From Vulcanimicrobiota bacterium (GTDB lineage: Bacteria; Vulcanimicrobiota; Vulcanimicrobiia; Vulcanimicrobiales; Vulcanimicrobiaceae), in assembly GCA_963711625.1 (NCBI GenBank), contig OY970207.1:2914029-2978028 (forward strand): DNA of 64,000 nt. The letters are read 5' to 3'. The notes below the pieces were generated by a model, which was given only the letters and a program-made list of their open reading frames with translations, was not told where the DNA came from and did not search any database. Positions 53,221 to 63,663 of this stretch are shown piece by piece. Numbering within the stretch: the stretch's first letter is position 1; each line of letters opens with the position of its first letter. The position numbers were made by a program, and so were the translations under genes.

Positions 53221-53892
53221 TTACTTGGCGCCGGCCTTCGTCGGCTGGTACAGCTCGGTCGGGATCGGCGCGCCGGTGTTGTGGAAGTGCAGCATCTCGG
53301 CGAGCTGGTTGGCGGCGACGATCATCTCTTGGTTGTAGTTCTTGATGCGCGACTTGAAGTAGTTGAAGAAGACGACCGCGATGACGGCGACGATCAGACC
53401 GGTCGCCGTCGTGATCAGCGCTTCGGAAACGCCCGCGGCGACGACGGCCGGCGTCGAGTTGCCCTTGAGCGCGATGTCTTGGAAGGCCCGGATGATGCCG
53501 AGAACGGTTCCGAAGAGACCGACGAACGGCGCGATGACGGCGATCGTACCGATGATCGCGAGGTTGCGCTCGAGCGAGTTCAGGTGCTCCATCAGCGCGA
53601 TCGAAAGCGCGTCGGTGATGTCGGCGCGATTCTTCTCGCCGCGGCGGAGGCCGAACTCGAGAATGCGCGGCAGCATGCCGCGGTTCTTCCTACAGATCTC
53701 GATCGCTCCGTCGAGATCGTCGGCCGAAACTTTCGTGCCGATCTGTCGCAGCAGCCCCTTCGTGTCGGAGTGCTGCGTCTGGAAGAAGACGAGACGTTCG
53801 ATGACGACGGCGAGGCCGACGATCGAGATGAGCAAGAGCAGCCACATGTCCCAGCCGCCCTGCTGCATGAGACTCATAAATCCGGAAAACAC
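53221..53892 (-). CDS. exbB: MotA/TolQ/ExbB proton-channel protein
   Basis: Intact 223-aa ORF. WLLLLISIVGLAVVIERLVFF, LAIIGTIAVIAPFVGLFGTVLGIIRAF, GVSEALITTATGLIVAVIAVVFFNYF. Confidence 0.9.
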   Translation of the reverse strand: MFSGFMSLMQQGGWDMWLLLLISIVGLAVVIERLVFFQTQHSDTKGLLRQIGTKVSADDLDGAIEICRKNRGMLPRILEFGLRRGEKNRADITDALSIALMEHLNSLERNLAIIGTIAVIAPFVGLFGTVLGIIRAFQDIALKGNSTPAVVAAGVSEALITTATGLIVAVIAVVFFNYFKSRIKNYNQEMIVAANQLAEMLHFHNTGAPIPTELYQPTKAGAK

Positions 53893-53993
53893 GGTGTACT
53901 ACGACCCCTCCACTAGACGTATGCTGCGGCGGTCCCCCCGCCCCGTGAGGGCGAGCCATTGGCCTACCCCCGGCGAAAGTCCTGCTAATATTA

Positions 53994-55389
53994 TTAGCCG
54001 CCTCCGCCCGACTGCCTGAGGCCGGCGTGGCGTTGAGGTTCTTTTTGACGAACGTTTCGATCTGTAGCGAGAGCGCTTCGTTGCCCTCTGCCTTGGCCTG
54101 CTGGTCGGCCTTGTCGAGCGCGTCGGCGGCCTTCTTCTTCATGTCGTCGTTGTGGCTCGCCGCCCATTGTCCGGTCAGCGCGATCCCTTCGGCGAAGTTC
54201 GCTTGCGCGTCGTTCGGCTTGATCGCGAGAGCCTTGTCGGCGTACGCTTGCATCTGCTTGTAGTCCGGCTTGGCACTTCTCGCAATTGCAAACGCGGCAA
54301 GCGTGTTTGCTGTGACCGGAAAGCTCGGGTCTCCCAGAGCCGCGGCTTTATCGAAGTCGCTTAGGGCGTCGTCGTGTCCTTGGCGTCCAGCGGCCGCCTG
54401 GCCATCTTTGATTAGGGTTGCGCCCATCGCGGCCGAGCCCGGCCGTGCTGCTGGGATCGAGCTGCTTGATCTCCGCGGCGATGGCTTGCGCGCCCTGCTG
54501 GTCGTTATTGGCTACGTACGCCTGCAGCAGCTCGGAGTCGATGTTCACCTTCGACGACTTCGGGAATCTTCGGATCGTTCATGGCCGCGTCGTGCGCCGC
54601 TTTGAGCGTCGTCAGCGCCGTCGGCGTTGTCGCCGTTGCCAGCTGCGCGACGCCCAGCGCGAAGCGGGTGTTGGTCGTCGGGATCGAGCGCGCACGGCCT
54701 TCTGCGCGTATCCCAGCGACTGCTCGGGTTGTCTTGCGCCACCTTCACGGCCGCCGCCGCCAGGCTCAGTGCCGCGGCTTGTTTGAACTGCTTGCCGATC
54801 GTCGGCACTTTGTCGAACGCGGCGGCGGCCGTCGTCGAAGTCGCCGGCGTCGTACGCCGCGATGCCGAGCATCTGCGCGCAGCGACTGGTCGCCGGGTGA
54901 GTTCGAGCAGCGCGGACTGCGCCTTCGACTTGCGCCGCCGCGTAGTTGCCTGGTCGAATCAGACGCGGCAACTGCTGCGCGGCGGGGCTCAGCGTCGCCG
55001 CCGGCACGGACGGCCCGCTCGAGCTTCCTCCGAGTTCATGACGACCGACTTGCCGTTGAACTTCAGCGTGAAGTCGTAGAACGCCGTGATCGGGCGCGAG
55101 CCACGATGCGCCGGCCGGTAGGTCGAGGTTTGCGCGATGTCCATCGCCGCGGCGTTGTCGCCCGAGTTGCTCGACTTGATGACGTCGGATGGCCTTGTGC
55201 GACCCGTCGGCGTTGACTTGAACCTGCACGATGACCGTCCCGCTGCCGGCGATCGACATGCGACGTCTTGCCTTGCTTGAGAAGCTTGGCCGGCACGAAC
55301 TCGTTGGAGTACTGTGCGCAGCGCCGGCACGGGCGAGCGCGAACAGAGCCGCGACGGCGCGGCGCGATGATTCGACAGAAGACGTTCAT
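53994..55389 (-). CDS. secreted protein with an N-terminal TonB-C-like domain followed by TPR-like repeats (about 6 frame breaks; single-gene status inferred)
   Basis: Signal peptide from the ATG at 55387-55389. TonB-C-like GTVIVQVQVNADGSHKAIRVIKSSNSGDNAAAMDIAQTSTYRPAHRGSRPITAFYDFTLKFN (frame hopping). The helical TPR-like part reads ...YAQKAVALDP..., ELLQAYVANNDQQGAQAIAAEIKQLDP, MQAYADKALAIKPNDAQANFAEGIALTG. It ends at the triple stop TAATAATATTAG in one frame. Confidence 0.55.
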
Positions 55390-55391
55390 GG

Positions 55392-56211
55392 CTATACCTC
55401 TGAGTTCGGAAGGTCTTCGAGACTCGGTGTCCCGCTTGCTACGAGGCGGTTCGTCCGTCGGCCTGCGATGCCGCTCGAGCGCCGCGCGCTCTTTCGCCGT
55501 GAGCGGGCGAACCTGCCCGGACGGCAGCCTACGCCGAGAGCTGAACGGACCGAATCGCGTTCGCGTCAGCGCGACCACGCGATGGCCGAGGCTTCGAACA
55601 TCCGGCGGACTTGCCGGTTCCGTCCCTCGTGGATGGTCAGTCGACGACCGATCGGTCGCCGTCGAACGCGACGGTGCGCACCGCGGCCTTGGCGTCGGCC
55701 GCCGAAAGTCGATCGAGCGAACGCCGGCGCGCGAGCCGGCGCACGTCGTCGGCGCGAGAGCCGCCCGGCGATGGTGGCGCGGTAGGTCTTCTCGACGCCG
55801 AAGCGCGGGTGCAGCAGGCGGTGCGCCAGCTCGCCGTCGTTGGTGAGCAGCAGCACGCCCGTCGTGTCGTAGTCGAGACGCCCGACCGGAACCACGCGCG
55901 GCCCCTGCGGAAGCAGGTCGGCTACGGTGCGCCGTCCGTGCGGGATCGCGCATCGTCGTCACGACGCCGGCCGGCTTATGCAGCACGAGGTAGCGTCGGC
56001 GCGTCCGGCGGCGCGACCGGCGACGCCGTCGACCTCGACGACGTCGCCGCCGGATCGACGATCGTTCCCAGTTCGCGCACGACGCGGCCGTTCGACGCGC
56101 ACGCGGCCGCCGGCGATGAGCTCGTCGGCCGCGCCACGGCGCGAAGCCGACGCCGCGCCCTGCGCTAAGCAGAAGGACCCGGTTGCAGAGGCCGGCTTCG
56201 GTTTGAGGCAT
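55392..56211 (-). CDS. RsuA/RluB-family 23S/16S rRNA pseudouridine synthase (about 5 frame breaks; ends approximate)
   Basis: S4 domain ...[18 protein letters not shown] (my translation). [73 protein letters not shown]. Confidence 0.75.
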
Positions 56212-57525
56212 GTCCGGAGCGCTAGTATTGCCGTTGCCGCCGTCTTCGTAGCCGCGCGACATCGAGAGCGCCTCTTTGGTGACGGTCTGCAGGAACTCTT
56301 CGTTCGTGCGCGTCTGCGCCATCTTGTCGAGGATGATCTCGGTGATGTCGCCGGTGTTGAGCACCGCGGTCGCGCGGCGCAGCATCCAGATCTTGCGCAT
56401 CTCGTCGGGCGAGAGCAGCAGCTCTTCGTGACGCGTGCCGGAGCGCTTGATGTCGATCGCCGGGAAGACGCGCGATTCGGCGAGCTTGCGGGTGAGGTTG
56501 ATCTCCATGTTGCCGGTGCCTTTGAACTCTTCGAAGATCACGTCGTCCATCTTCGAGCCGGTCTCGATGAGCGCGGTCGCGATGATCGTGAGCGAACCGC
56601 CCTCTTCGATCTTGCGCGCCGCACCGAAGAAGCGCTTGGGCTTGTGCAGCGACGCGGTGTCGAGACCGCCGGAGAGCGTGCGTCCGGAGCTCGCCACGAC
56701 CTGGTTGTAGGCGCGCGCGAGACGCGTGATCGAGTCGAGCAGAATCACGACGTCTTTGCCGAGCTCGACGAGACGCTTGGCGCGCTCCATCGCCAGCTCG
56801 GCGACGGCGGTGTGATTCTCGGGATGCTCGTCGAACGTCGAGGCGACGACCTCGCCGTCGATCGTGCGCTGCATGTCGGTGACTTCTTCGGGCCGCTCGT
56901 CGACGAGCAGCGCGATGATGTGCGCGTCGGGATGGTTGATCGAGATCGAGTTGGCGATGTTCTTGAGCAGCGTCGTCTTGCCGGCCTTGGGCGGCGAGAC
57001 GATCAGCGCGCGCTGGCCCTTGCCGATCGGGCAGAAGAGATCGATGACGCGCGTCGAGAGCTGCGTCGAGCGGACTTCGAGCTTGAAGCGCTCTTGCGGG
57101 TAGATCGGCGTGCCCTTTTCGAAGACGCGCCGTCCCTTGATCGCTTCGGGATCGAAGTCGTTGACTTTATCGACGCGGATCAGGCCGTAGTACTTTTCGC
57201 TCTCTTTCGGGCGGCGCGCTTGGCCTTCGACCATGTCGCCGCGGCGCAGTTCGAAGCGGCGGATCTGCGATTGGCTGACGTAGATGTCGTCGTTGCCGAT
57301 GTAGTAGCCGGCGCGGCGCAAGAAGCCGTAGCCCTCGGGCAGGATGTCGAGGATGCCGCTGGCCATCTCGATGCCGGAGCGCGAGGTCTGCGCCTGCACG
57401 AGCAGCGCGACGATCTCGTCTTTCTTGACTTTGGCCGGCGTCGGGAATCTCGACTTCGAGTTCTTTGGCGATGTTCGACCAGTTCGGTCTTCGTTTTCTC
57501 GCGCGAGCTGAGCCGCGGTCAGCAT
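56212..57525 (-). CDS. rho: transcription termination factor Rho (2-3 frame breaks in the N-terminal ~40 codons; no in-frame stop before the next gene)
   Basis: MLTAAQLAR...[146 protein letters not shown]. Confidence 0.9.
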
Positions 57526-57810
57526 CGGCGGCACTTCGACCTGCGGAAACTGGTCGTGAAAGACGGCCTGATGTTGCGGGAAGTGATGGCGGCGGCGCGC
57601 GCGACGGCGGCGTCCGCCGTGCCCCTGTTGGGGGCGCATATCGTTAGTTGGGGCGATGTTCCGTTTGCAGAAGAGTATCTCTCTCTAAGAGTCGCGCACG
57701 CCAAGCTTCGACGACCGAACGGGCGAGGCTGCCTTCGCGGTCAGATCGGTGACGTGAGCGTGGGGATGTCAAATGACGTCGCGGCTGTCGACAAACGACC
57801 GCAACGCGAC
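57526..57810 (-). promoter_or_regulatory. long (~285 nt) rho 5' leader with C-rich/G-poor tracts
   Basis: It lies between the predicted promoter and the rho ATG. The leader RNA contains CAUCGCCCCAACUAACGAUAUGCGCCCCCAACA (the complement of 57621-57660). No convincing ORF is present. Confidence 0.5.
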
Positions 57811-57816
57811 GCCCAC

Positions 57817-57846
57817 ACTATAGCACAGCCCCACGCGGGCGTTCAA
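57817..57846 (-). promoter_or_regulatory. sigma-70-type promoter for rho
   Basis: Minus strand reads TTGAAC (57846-57841), 18 nt, TATAGT (57822-57817), with TGC immediately upstream of the -10. The -35 overlaps the stop of the upstream glycosylase gene. Confidence 0.6.
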
Positions 57847-58451
57847 GCCGGGCTCAAGCGAGCCGGGCCGCTGACGTAGGGGCTTCCGGCTTCGTAGAAG
57901 CGCAGCCGCCGGTTCGCCGCCTGCGTCATGCCGATGCGCGGCTGCGCCGCACGCGCGCGTGAGCGCTCCGTCGGCTGCGGCCAGCCATAGCGCGCGAATC
58001 GGTCGAACAAATCGATTCCGTCAAATGAACGATCGATGGCGAGCGCGCGGCAGAGCCGGCCCGGACCCGCGGCAAAGGTCGCGCGCGACTCGACGTCGCG
58101 CGGCGCGCGGCGCATGATCTCGAGACCTTCGAGCGGCTCGAGCGCGCGGACCAAGCACGCCCGCGCCCTGCTCCGTCGGGCTCGCTCGAGAGATTGAAGC
58201 AGAACGACGTTCCGTAGATGAGATAGACGTACGCGCGGTGCGGCGGCCCGAAGAGCGTGGCGTTGCGCGCGCTCCGGCCGCGATACGCATGGCAGGCCGG
58301 GATCGTTGCGTAGATACGCTTCGGTCTCGACGATGCGCCCGGCGGTGACGCCGTCGGCGTCTGCGGCGAACGAGCACGCAACCGAGCAGGGCTCGGCGAG
58401 CGCGCGCGTTTCGATGGGTAACTCGGCCGGCGTCAGCCGGGCGAACGTCAT
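57843..58451 (-). CDS. 3-methyladenine DNA glycosylase (Mpg/AAG family; about 2 frame breaks)
   Basis: [19 protein letters not shown]... (frame hop), [46 protein letters not shown]. The ATG overlaps the upstream stop (ATGA). Confidence 0.75.
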   Translation of the reverse strand: MTFARLTPAELPIETRALAEPCSVACSFAADADGVTAGRIVETEAYLRNDPGLPCVSRPERAQRHALRAAAPRVRLSHLRNVVLLQSLERARRSRARACLVRALEPLEGLEIMRRAPRDVESRATFAAGPGRLCRALAIDRSFDGIDLFDRFARYGWPQPTERSRARAAQPRIGMTQAANRRLRFYEAGSPYVSGPARLSPA

Positions 58452-58867
58452 GCAGCGACGTTCAGCGCTACTTCGGCTCGCGCCCTTTGCGTGAGCTCGT
58501 CCGTGTCGCCGGTCCGCACCGCGAACGCCGCGAGCGCGTTGAGCGCGCAGCGCAGGCGCACGTAGGCGAGTGCCAACGTCTCCGCGACGCCGCGGCCGGT
58601 CGCGAGCTCGTCGACGAACTCTCGATCGCGGACCACGAAGCGGACGTTGCCGAATCCCCGGCGACCGAGCGCCCGTGTCACGGCGGTGAGCGCCGCGTAT
58701 GCGACGCCGCGTTCGGGAGTAGGCGACTGACACGTGAAGCCGACGCGCAGCACGCGGCGAGAGTGCTCGCCGGTCAGGCGCGCGTATGCTAGGCCGTTAC
58801 CCCGCTCGTCGGCGGCATAGCCGACCGTGGCCTCAACGGCCGGGCCAGCGCCTCGCTTCGTTCCCAT
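58448..58867 (-). CDS. hypothetical protein (weak, degenerate RNase H-like / RVT_3-like pattern)
   Basis: Intact 139-aa ORF. ...ERGVAYAALTAVTRALGRRGFGNVRFVVRDREFVDEL... loosely follows the AEY.AL...a...v.v..DS.lvv pattern, but the catalytic residues are not clearly conserved. Confidence 0.4.
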   Translation of the reverse strand: MGTKRGAGPAVEATVGYAADERGNGLAYARLTGEHSRRVLRVGFTCQSPTPERGVAYAALTAVTRALGRRGFGNVRFVVRDREFVDELATGRGVAETLALAYVRLRCALNALAAFAVRTGDTDELTQRARAEVALNVAA

Positions 58868-58887
58868 ACCATCGCCTCTACCCCATT

Positions 58888-60049
58888 TTAAATCGAACGT
58901 ATGTTCGAGTCAAGCAATCCGAGCGGCCGTATCAGGCTCTCGTAGAGCCCGAGCATACGGTCGATCTGAAGGTCGATCGAAAAGCGCGCGGCCGCGGTGC
59001 GGGCGAGATCGGGCGCCAGCGGTGGCGCCGGTTCGGCGATGGCGCGGGCGAACGCCTCGGCCGTCGCCGGAACGATGCGCGCCGCCTCGCCCAAGACGTC
59101 GCGGTTCTGCGGCGCGTCGGCGGCGATCACGCGGCGTTCCGGCGGCCAGCGCCTCGGCCAGCACCAGCCCCTGCGTCTCGGTCGTGCTCGGCATCGCGAA
59201 CGCGTCGGCGCTGGCATAGAGAGTCGGGCAGGTCTTCGCGCGCGACCACGCCGAGGAAGCGCGTCCGCGAGGCGACGCCGAGCTCGCGCGCGAGTTCCTC
59301 GAGTTGCGGGCGCAGCGGACCATCGCCGGCGACGGCCAGGCGTAGCGGCTGCTCGCCCGTCAGCGCGAGCGCATGCAGGAGCAGCTCGACGTTCTTCTCC
59401 TTCGCGAGGCGCCCAACGCAGAGCATCAGCCGATCGCCCGGCGCCGCACCCAGGCGTGCGCGCAGAGCGTCGTCGCGGCGACCCGCGGCGAAGTCGGGCG
59501 ACGTCGATGCCGCTCGGAACGACTTCGATCCGCACCGTCACGCCAAGCTCGCGCAACCGGTCCGCCATCGCGGGCGTCGGCACGACGACCGCGTCGGCGA
59601 GATTGGCGAACGTGCGCGTCAGCTGCGACGCGGCAAAGCGCGTCGCGTTCGGTTCGAACGGTACGTAGTGCGCGTAGGCTTCGAGCTGCGTGTGATACGT
59701 GTAGACCAGCGGCATCCCGTAACGGCGCGCGTAGCGCAGCCCCATCCAGCCGGTCACGAACGGCGAGTGGACGTGCATCAGCGATAGCCGCTTGATGATG
59801 CCGTTGCGATTGCGCCGGCTCACCAGCGGCAGCGTCAGCCGGTACGCCGTGCGGGTCGGCAAGCGGCAGCGAGGGCATCCGGAAGACCGGGCCGTCGGCC
59901 TCCTCGTAGCCCGGCATGTACGGGGCGAAGCAGTAGACCTCATGCCCGCGCGCGCGCAGACCGTCGGCGAGCGCCTCGACGGAGGCGACGACGCCGTTGA
60001 CGACCGGCCGGTAAATTTCGGTGAAAAACCCGACGCGCAGGCCTTCCAT
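58888..60049 (-). CDS. GT4-family (GT-B, group 1) glycosyltransferase (about 4 frame breaks)
   Basis: MEGLRVGFFTEIYRPVVNGVVASVEALADGLRARGHEVYCFAP, MHVHSPFVTGWMG, VVVPTPAMADRL, LCVGRLAKEKNVELLL, PSTTETQGLVLAEALAAGTP (E-x7-E region). Confidence 0.75.
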
Positions 60050-60146
60050 GCACCGCCTCTCTTCGCTCCGGAGGCCTGCGGGGCCCGGCGGAAGGAGGCT
60101 CCTTTCGCCGTGCGACTTCCGCCATAGTCGGGTCTCGAAAAGGGTA

Positions 60147-60155
60147 TGGTATAGT
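60147..60155 (+). promoter_or_regulatory. extended -10 promoter element upstream of the 3D-domain gene leader
   Basis: TGgTATAGT at 60147-60155. Only a weak -35 (GTCGGG) lies 17 nt upstream. Confidence 0.45.
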
Positions 60156-60160
60156 GCGCG

Positions 60161-60346
60161 AGTTACTACACCAGCCTGCCGATTGAGACAGCAAGCAGGC
60201 TGTGAAATCAGGCGTTATCCGGACCCGTCACCCGCGGCCGTTGCGCCGCTTCCCCAAAGCACGACTCGCCCATCCATCGTTGGAATCTCTGCGTGGTGTA
60301 GCAGTTCCGACCCTGAGGCGAGTCGAGAGAAGAAAGGAACATCGGG
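60161..60346 (+). promoter_or_regulatory. ~185-nt structured leader (candidate riboswitch or attenuator, class unknown) upstream of the 3D-domain cell-wall hydrolase gene
   Basis: CUACACC (60166-72) pairs with GGUGUAG (60295-301) to enclose the domain. Perfect hairpin AGCCUGC (60173-79) / GCAGGCU (60195-201). GCGGC/GCCGC hairpin at 60234-49. An alternative 9-bp helix, CGACUCGCC (60262-70) / GGCGAGUCG (60317-25), crosses the closing helix. The RBS AAGGA sits 8-9 nt before the TTG at 60347. Confidence 0.45.
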
Positions 60347-61037
60347 TTGATCGGACGATTCGCCGGCGCCGCACTCGTCGTTGCCGCCCTTACATTGCAC
60401 CCGGCCGCCGCCGCGCCGGCCCCCAGCTCGGGCGCTGCCACGAAGATCACCTGGCACCGCGACGGCGTGCTGACCTGGGAGCGCGTCGAGCACCGCGCCG
60501 ATCGCACCGGCTACGATTCAGCGCCTAACGCCGCATCTCGCCGTCGGCAGCTCGAAGATGCTCACGCCGGCTCTCCCGGCGAACTCGAACGTGCGGTGCG
60601 CTACGCGCAGCGCGACGGGGGTCCCGTTCACCAAGCCGTCGTGTCGGACCACCGTGATTCGCGTGCCGAAGGCGCGCATCGTTGCGGAAGGCATCGGCGA
60701 CTCGCCGCTGGCCGACTTCGAAGCGCACGGCATCGCGCATATGACGATCGATCGCGCGACAGCGCGATGCGCATGGTGGCGACCGCGTACACCGCGAACT
60801 GCGCCGGATGCGGCGGCATGACGGCAATCGGCCGGCGCGCCGGACACGGTATCGTCGCGGTCGATCCGCGCGTCATTCCTCTGGGCACGCGGCTCTACAT
60901 ACCCGGTTACGGTGTCGCCGTCGCCGGCGACACCGGTGGCGTCGATCGTCGGGCATCGCATCGATCTCGGCTTCGACTCGGTGCGCGGCGCGCTGCTCTT
61001 CGGCCGGCGCGACGTTACGGTCTATCGGCTCAAGTAG
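60347..61037 (+). CDS. secreted 3D-domain protein (MltA/YabE-like cell-wall hydrolase domain; about 3 frame breaks)
   Basis: Signal peptide IGRFAGAALVVAALTLHPAAA. C-terminal 3D domain VATAYTANCAGCGGMTAIGRRAGHGIVAVDPRVIPLGTRLYIPGYGVAVAGDTGGAIVGHRIDLGF...RDVTVYRLK* (last part by my translation). Confidence 0.75.
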
Positions 61038-61051
61038 CGTAGAATAGCGGA

Positions 61052-61884
61052 GTGTCAACTCCGCGCCGCCTGCTCGCGCAAGCCGGACTACGCCCGAAGA
61101 AGCGCTTCGCGCAGAACTTCCTAGAAAACGCGTCCGCAGCGCGTCATATCGCGCAACTGTGCGTTGCCGGTTCGCCGCCGGGAACGCCCACACTCGAGAT
61201 CGGCGCCGGCACCGGTGCGCTGACGCTCGCGCTGCTCGAAGCGGACGCGGACGTCACGGCAATCGAGATCGACCCCGATCTGGTCGCAGTGCTGCGTTCG
61301 CGCGACGACCTCGCGCGCGCAACGATCGTCGAGGCGGACGCGCTCACGTTCGATTACCGGCGGCTGGGCCGCCGGCCGCCCGTGGCGCGCCGCCGGGAAT
61401 CTGCCCTACAACGTCGCGACGCCGGTGATGCTGCGCCTGATCGAGATGGAAGGCGGTCCGCACTCGCTCACGGTGATGGTGCAGAAAGACGTCGCGGAAC
61501 GTCTACGCGCGGCCCCCGGAACGCCCGCATACGGCAGCCTCTCCGTCGCCGTCCAATACGCGATGCACGTCGAGATCGCGTTCGACCTGTCGCCGCGCTC
61601 GTTCTATCCGGCGCCGAAGGTGAACTCGAGCGTCGTCCGGCTCGTTCGGCGCGAGGCGCCGGCGGTGCGCGCCGCGCGACCTATCGACGTTTTGGAAGGT
61701 CGTACGCGGCGCGTTCGCGTACCGGCGGAAGACGCTCGTCAACAGTCTCGCACTGGCGCTGCACGCCGATCGCGGGACCATTGAACGGGCGCTCTATTGC
61801 AGCAACATCTCTCCGGAGCTTCGCGGTGAACGACTCGACCTCGGCGATTTCGCCCGTTTGGCCGACGCGCTGGCCGAAGAATAG
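61052..61884 (+). CDS. rsmA: 16S rRNA (adenine1518/1519-N6)-dimethyltransferase (about 2 frame breaks)
   Basis: GLRPKKRFAQNFL, LEIGAGTGALTLALLE, AIEIDPDLV, GNLPYNVATPVMLRLIE (my translation), VMVQKDVAERLRAAPGTPAYGSLSVAVQY, FYPAPKVNSSVVRL, AFAYRRKTL. Confidence 0.85.
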
Positions 61885-62571
61885 CTTCAGCGGGTTCTGG
61901 ACGTGGCTCGTCGTCGCGTTCTACCTGCTGCTTATCGGGGGTGCCGCCCTCGCGCAGCTCGAGCAGGGGCCGCTTCCGCAGATCAGTCCGCTGCTCTTCG
62001 ATATCGGCATCGCGCTGCAGTTCGCCGTCGAAGCGGCTGCTCGCGGTGCTCGTGCTCGCGATCCTGCCGGCCCTCTCGAAGTTCAGCCTGCGCGAACTGG
62101 GATTCCGCAGTGCCGACCACCGCGACGCTCGGGATCGCGCTCGTCGGCGCGGTGGCAATGGTCGTCGTCTCCGAGGGCAGCGCTACGTCATCGAACACGT
62201 GGCGCACCGCGCCCACGAGCAAGACATCGTCCAGATCTTCAAGACGCTGCACGACCCTACGACGATCGTCCTGTTCGCGGTGTTCGCGGTCGTGTTCGCG
62301 CCGTTTGCCGAGGAGACGTTCTTCCGCGTCTTCTTCTTCAATCTCGGCCTGCGGTACGGCGGGTTCTGGGGTGGCGCGGTCGTCAGCGGCGCGCTCTTCG
62401 GCATCGCACACGGCGACGTCTACGCGGCGCTGCCGCTGGCGCTCGGCGGCATCGTGCTGTGCGGGGTCTACTACCTCACGCGCAACGCGTATGCGTCGAT
62501 GATCTCGCACGCGCTCTTCAACGGCCTCTCCATCGTTGCTGCTCCTGGCGTTCCCGCAGGCTACGAAGTAA
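61885..62571 (+). CDS. CPBP-family (CAAX) intramembrane glutamic endopeptidase (about 4 frame breaks; start unresolved)
   Basis: FWTWLVVAFYLLLIGGAAL..., FAVFAVVFAPFAEETFFRVFFFNLG (EExxFR), GAVVSGALFGIAHG (FxxxH), AYASMISHALFNGL (HxxxN). C-terminus SLLLLAFPQATK* by my translation. Confidence 0.75.
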
Positions 62572-63663
62572 CCGCGCGCACCGCCTCGACCACGGCGTCG
62601 GCGGGAATCGCAAGCGTGTCGAGCTGCTCGAGGCGGTGGCTCAGCGACGGGCGGCTTGGTCGTCGACGCCGGCCGGCGGTCGAACCCGCGGTCGCGCACG
62701 TATCGCCCGACGAGGTGGATCGCATCCGGATTCGGCTCGTCGTACCAATCGGGATGGTGCGCGAGCCAGAGCCCAACGGTGGGGACGCCGCCGCGCGCGA
62801 TCGCGACGTGCAGCGGACCCGCGGGAATGCCGACGAGGAGATCGGCGCGCGCGACGAGCGCTTTGTAAAGGCGCGCGAACGGTTCATCGAGATCGCCGAA
62901 GAGCGCGCGGAATCCGGCGACCCCCTCGCCGAGATCTTCGTCGTCCATCGAAACGAACCGCCACGCACCCGGTTCGCGCCGCATCGCCGCCACGAACGCG
63001 CGCGCCTCGGAACCGTCGCCCCAGTTCTTCCGCGCGGCCGTCACGCCGCGCCGCGAAATCACGCCGACGCGCGCCGGCGCGGGGGCGAAGCGCGCGAGCC
63101 GTTCGTCGACGAGCATGCGTGTCTGCGCCGGCGGCGCGAAATCGATCGCGTTGCGCAGCGGCTGCGTCAGATCGAACTCCGCGAGCCGCTCGGCCCGAGT
63201 CAGCAGCCGCGCTGCGTTGCGCGCCTTGGTGTGAAACGGATACGCCGTGCGACCCTCGGTCTCGGGATAGTCGGTCCAGAGCAACGCGGTGGGACGAAAG
63301 CGTCGCGACCGCGGCGGCGAGCGTTGCGGGCAACTCCGCGCGAACGGCGCGGCCGTCGCAGCGCCGCAGCGTTAGGCCGAGATGCGGCGCGCCGGCTTCG
63401 GCGCCGTCGGTCGGCCGGCGAACGCCGCTAAAGATCGGCGCAACGCCCGACGCGCCTTCCATCATGCTGACGTAATCGTCGCCGAACCGCGTGATCGCGT
63501 ACGCGTTGGACTGCTCGAGCATCGGCACGATGTATCCGACATGCACCCAATCGCCCAGCCCGTGCGGCCAATAGATGAGTACGCGCTCGCCGCGCAGCGC
63601 CGCGAAGCGGCCGCGGTCTTCGCGCATCGCCGGAAGCACCAGCTCGGAGAGGCCGGAGGTCAT
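62561..63663 (-). CDS. GT9-like (heptosyltransferase-family fold) glycosyltransferase (about 2 frame breaks; start inferred)
   Basis: ERVLIYWPHGLGDWVHVGYIVPMLEQSNAYAITRF. RVGVISRRGVTAARKNW. LYKALVARADLLVGIPAGPLHVAIARGGVPTVGLW, which resembles the GT9 DSGPMHLAAA region. The open frame continues upstream to the right edge (63664-64000), so an unresolved upstream gene or a longer N-terminus is possible. Confidence 0.5.

Noticed and set aside
57519-57704. A 61-aa ORF inside the rho leader, and a 60-aa ORF at 57465..57647 on the plus strand, as possible leader peptides.
   Set aside because: There is no RBS, the composition is Arg/Ala-rich as expected for random frames, and I have no support for conservation. 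They are treated as non-coding leader.
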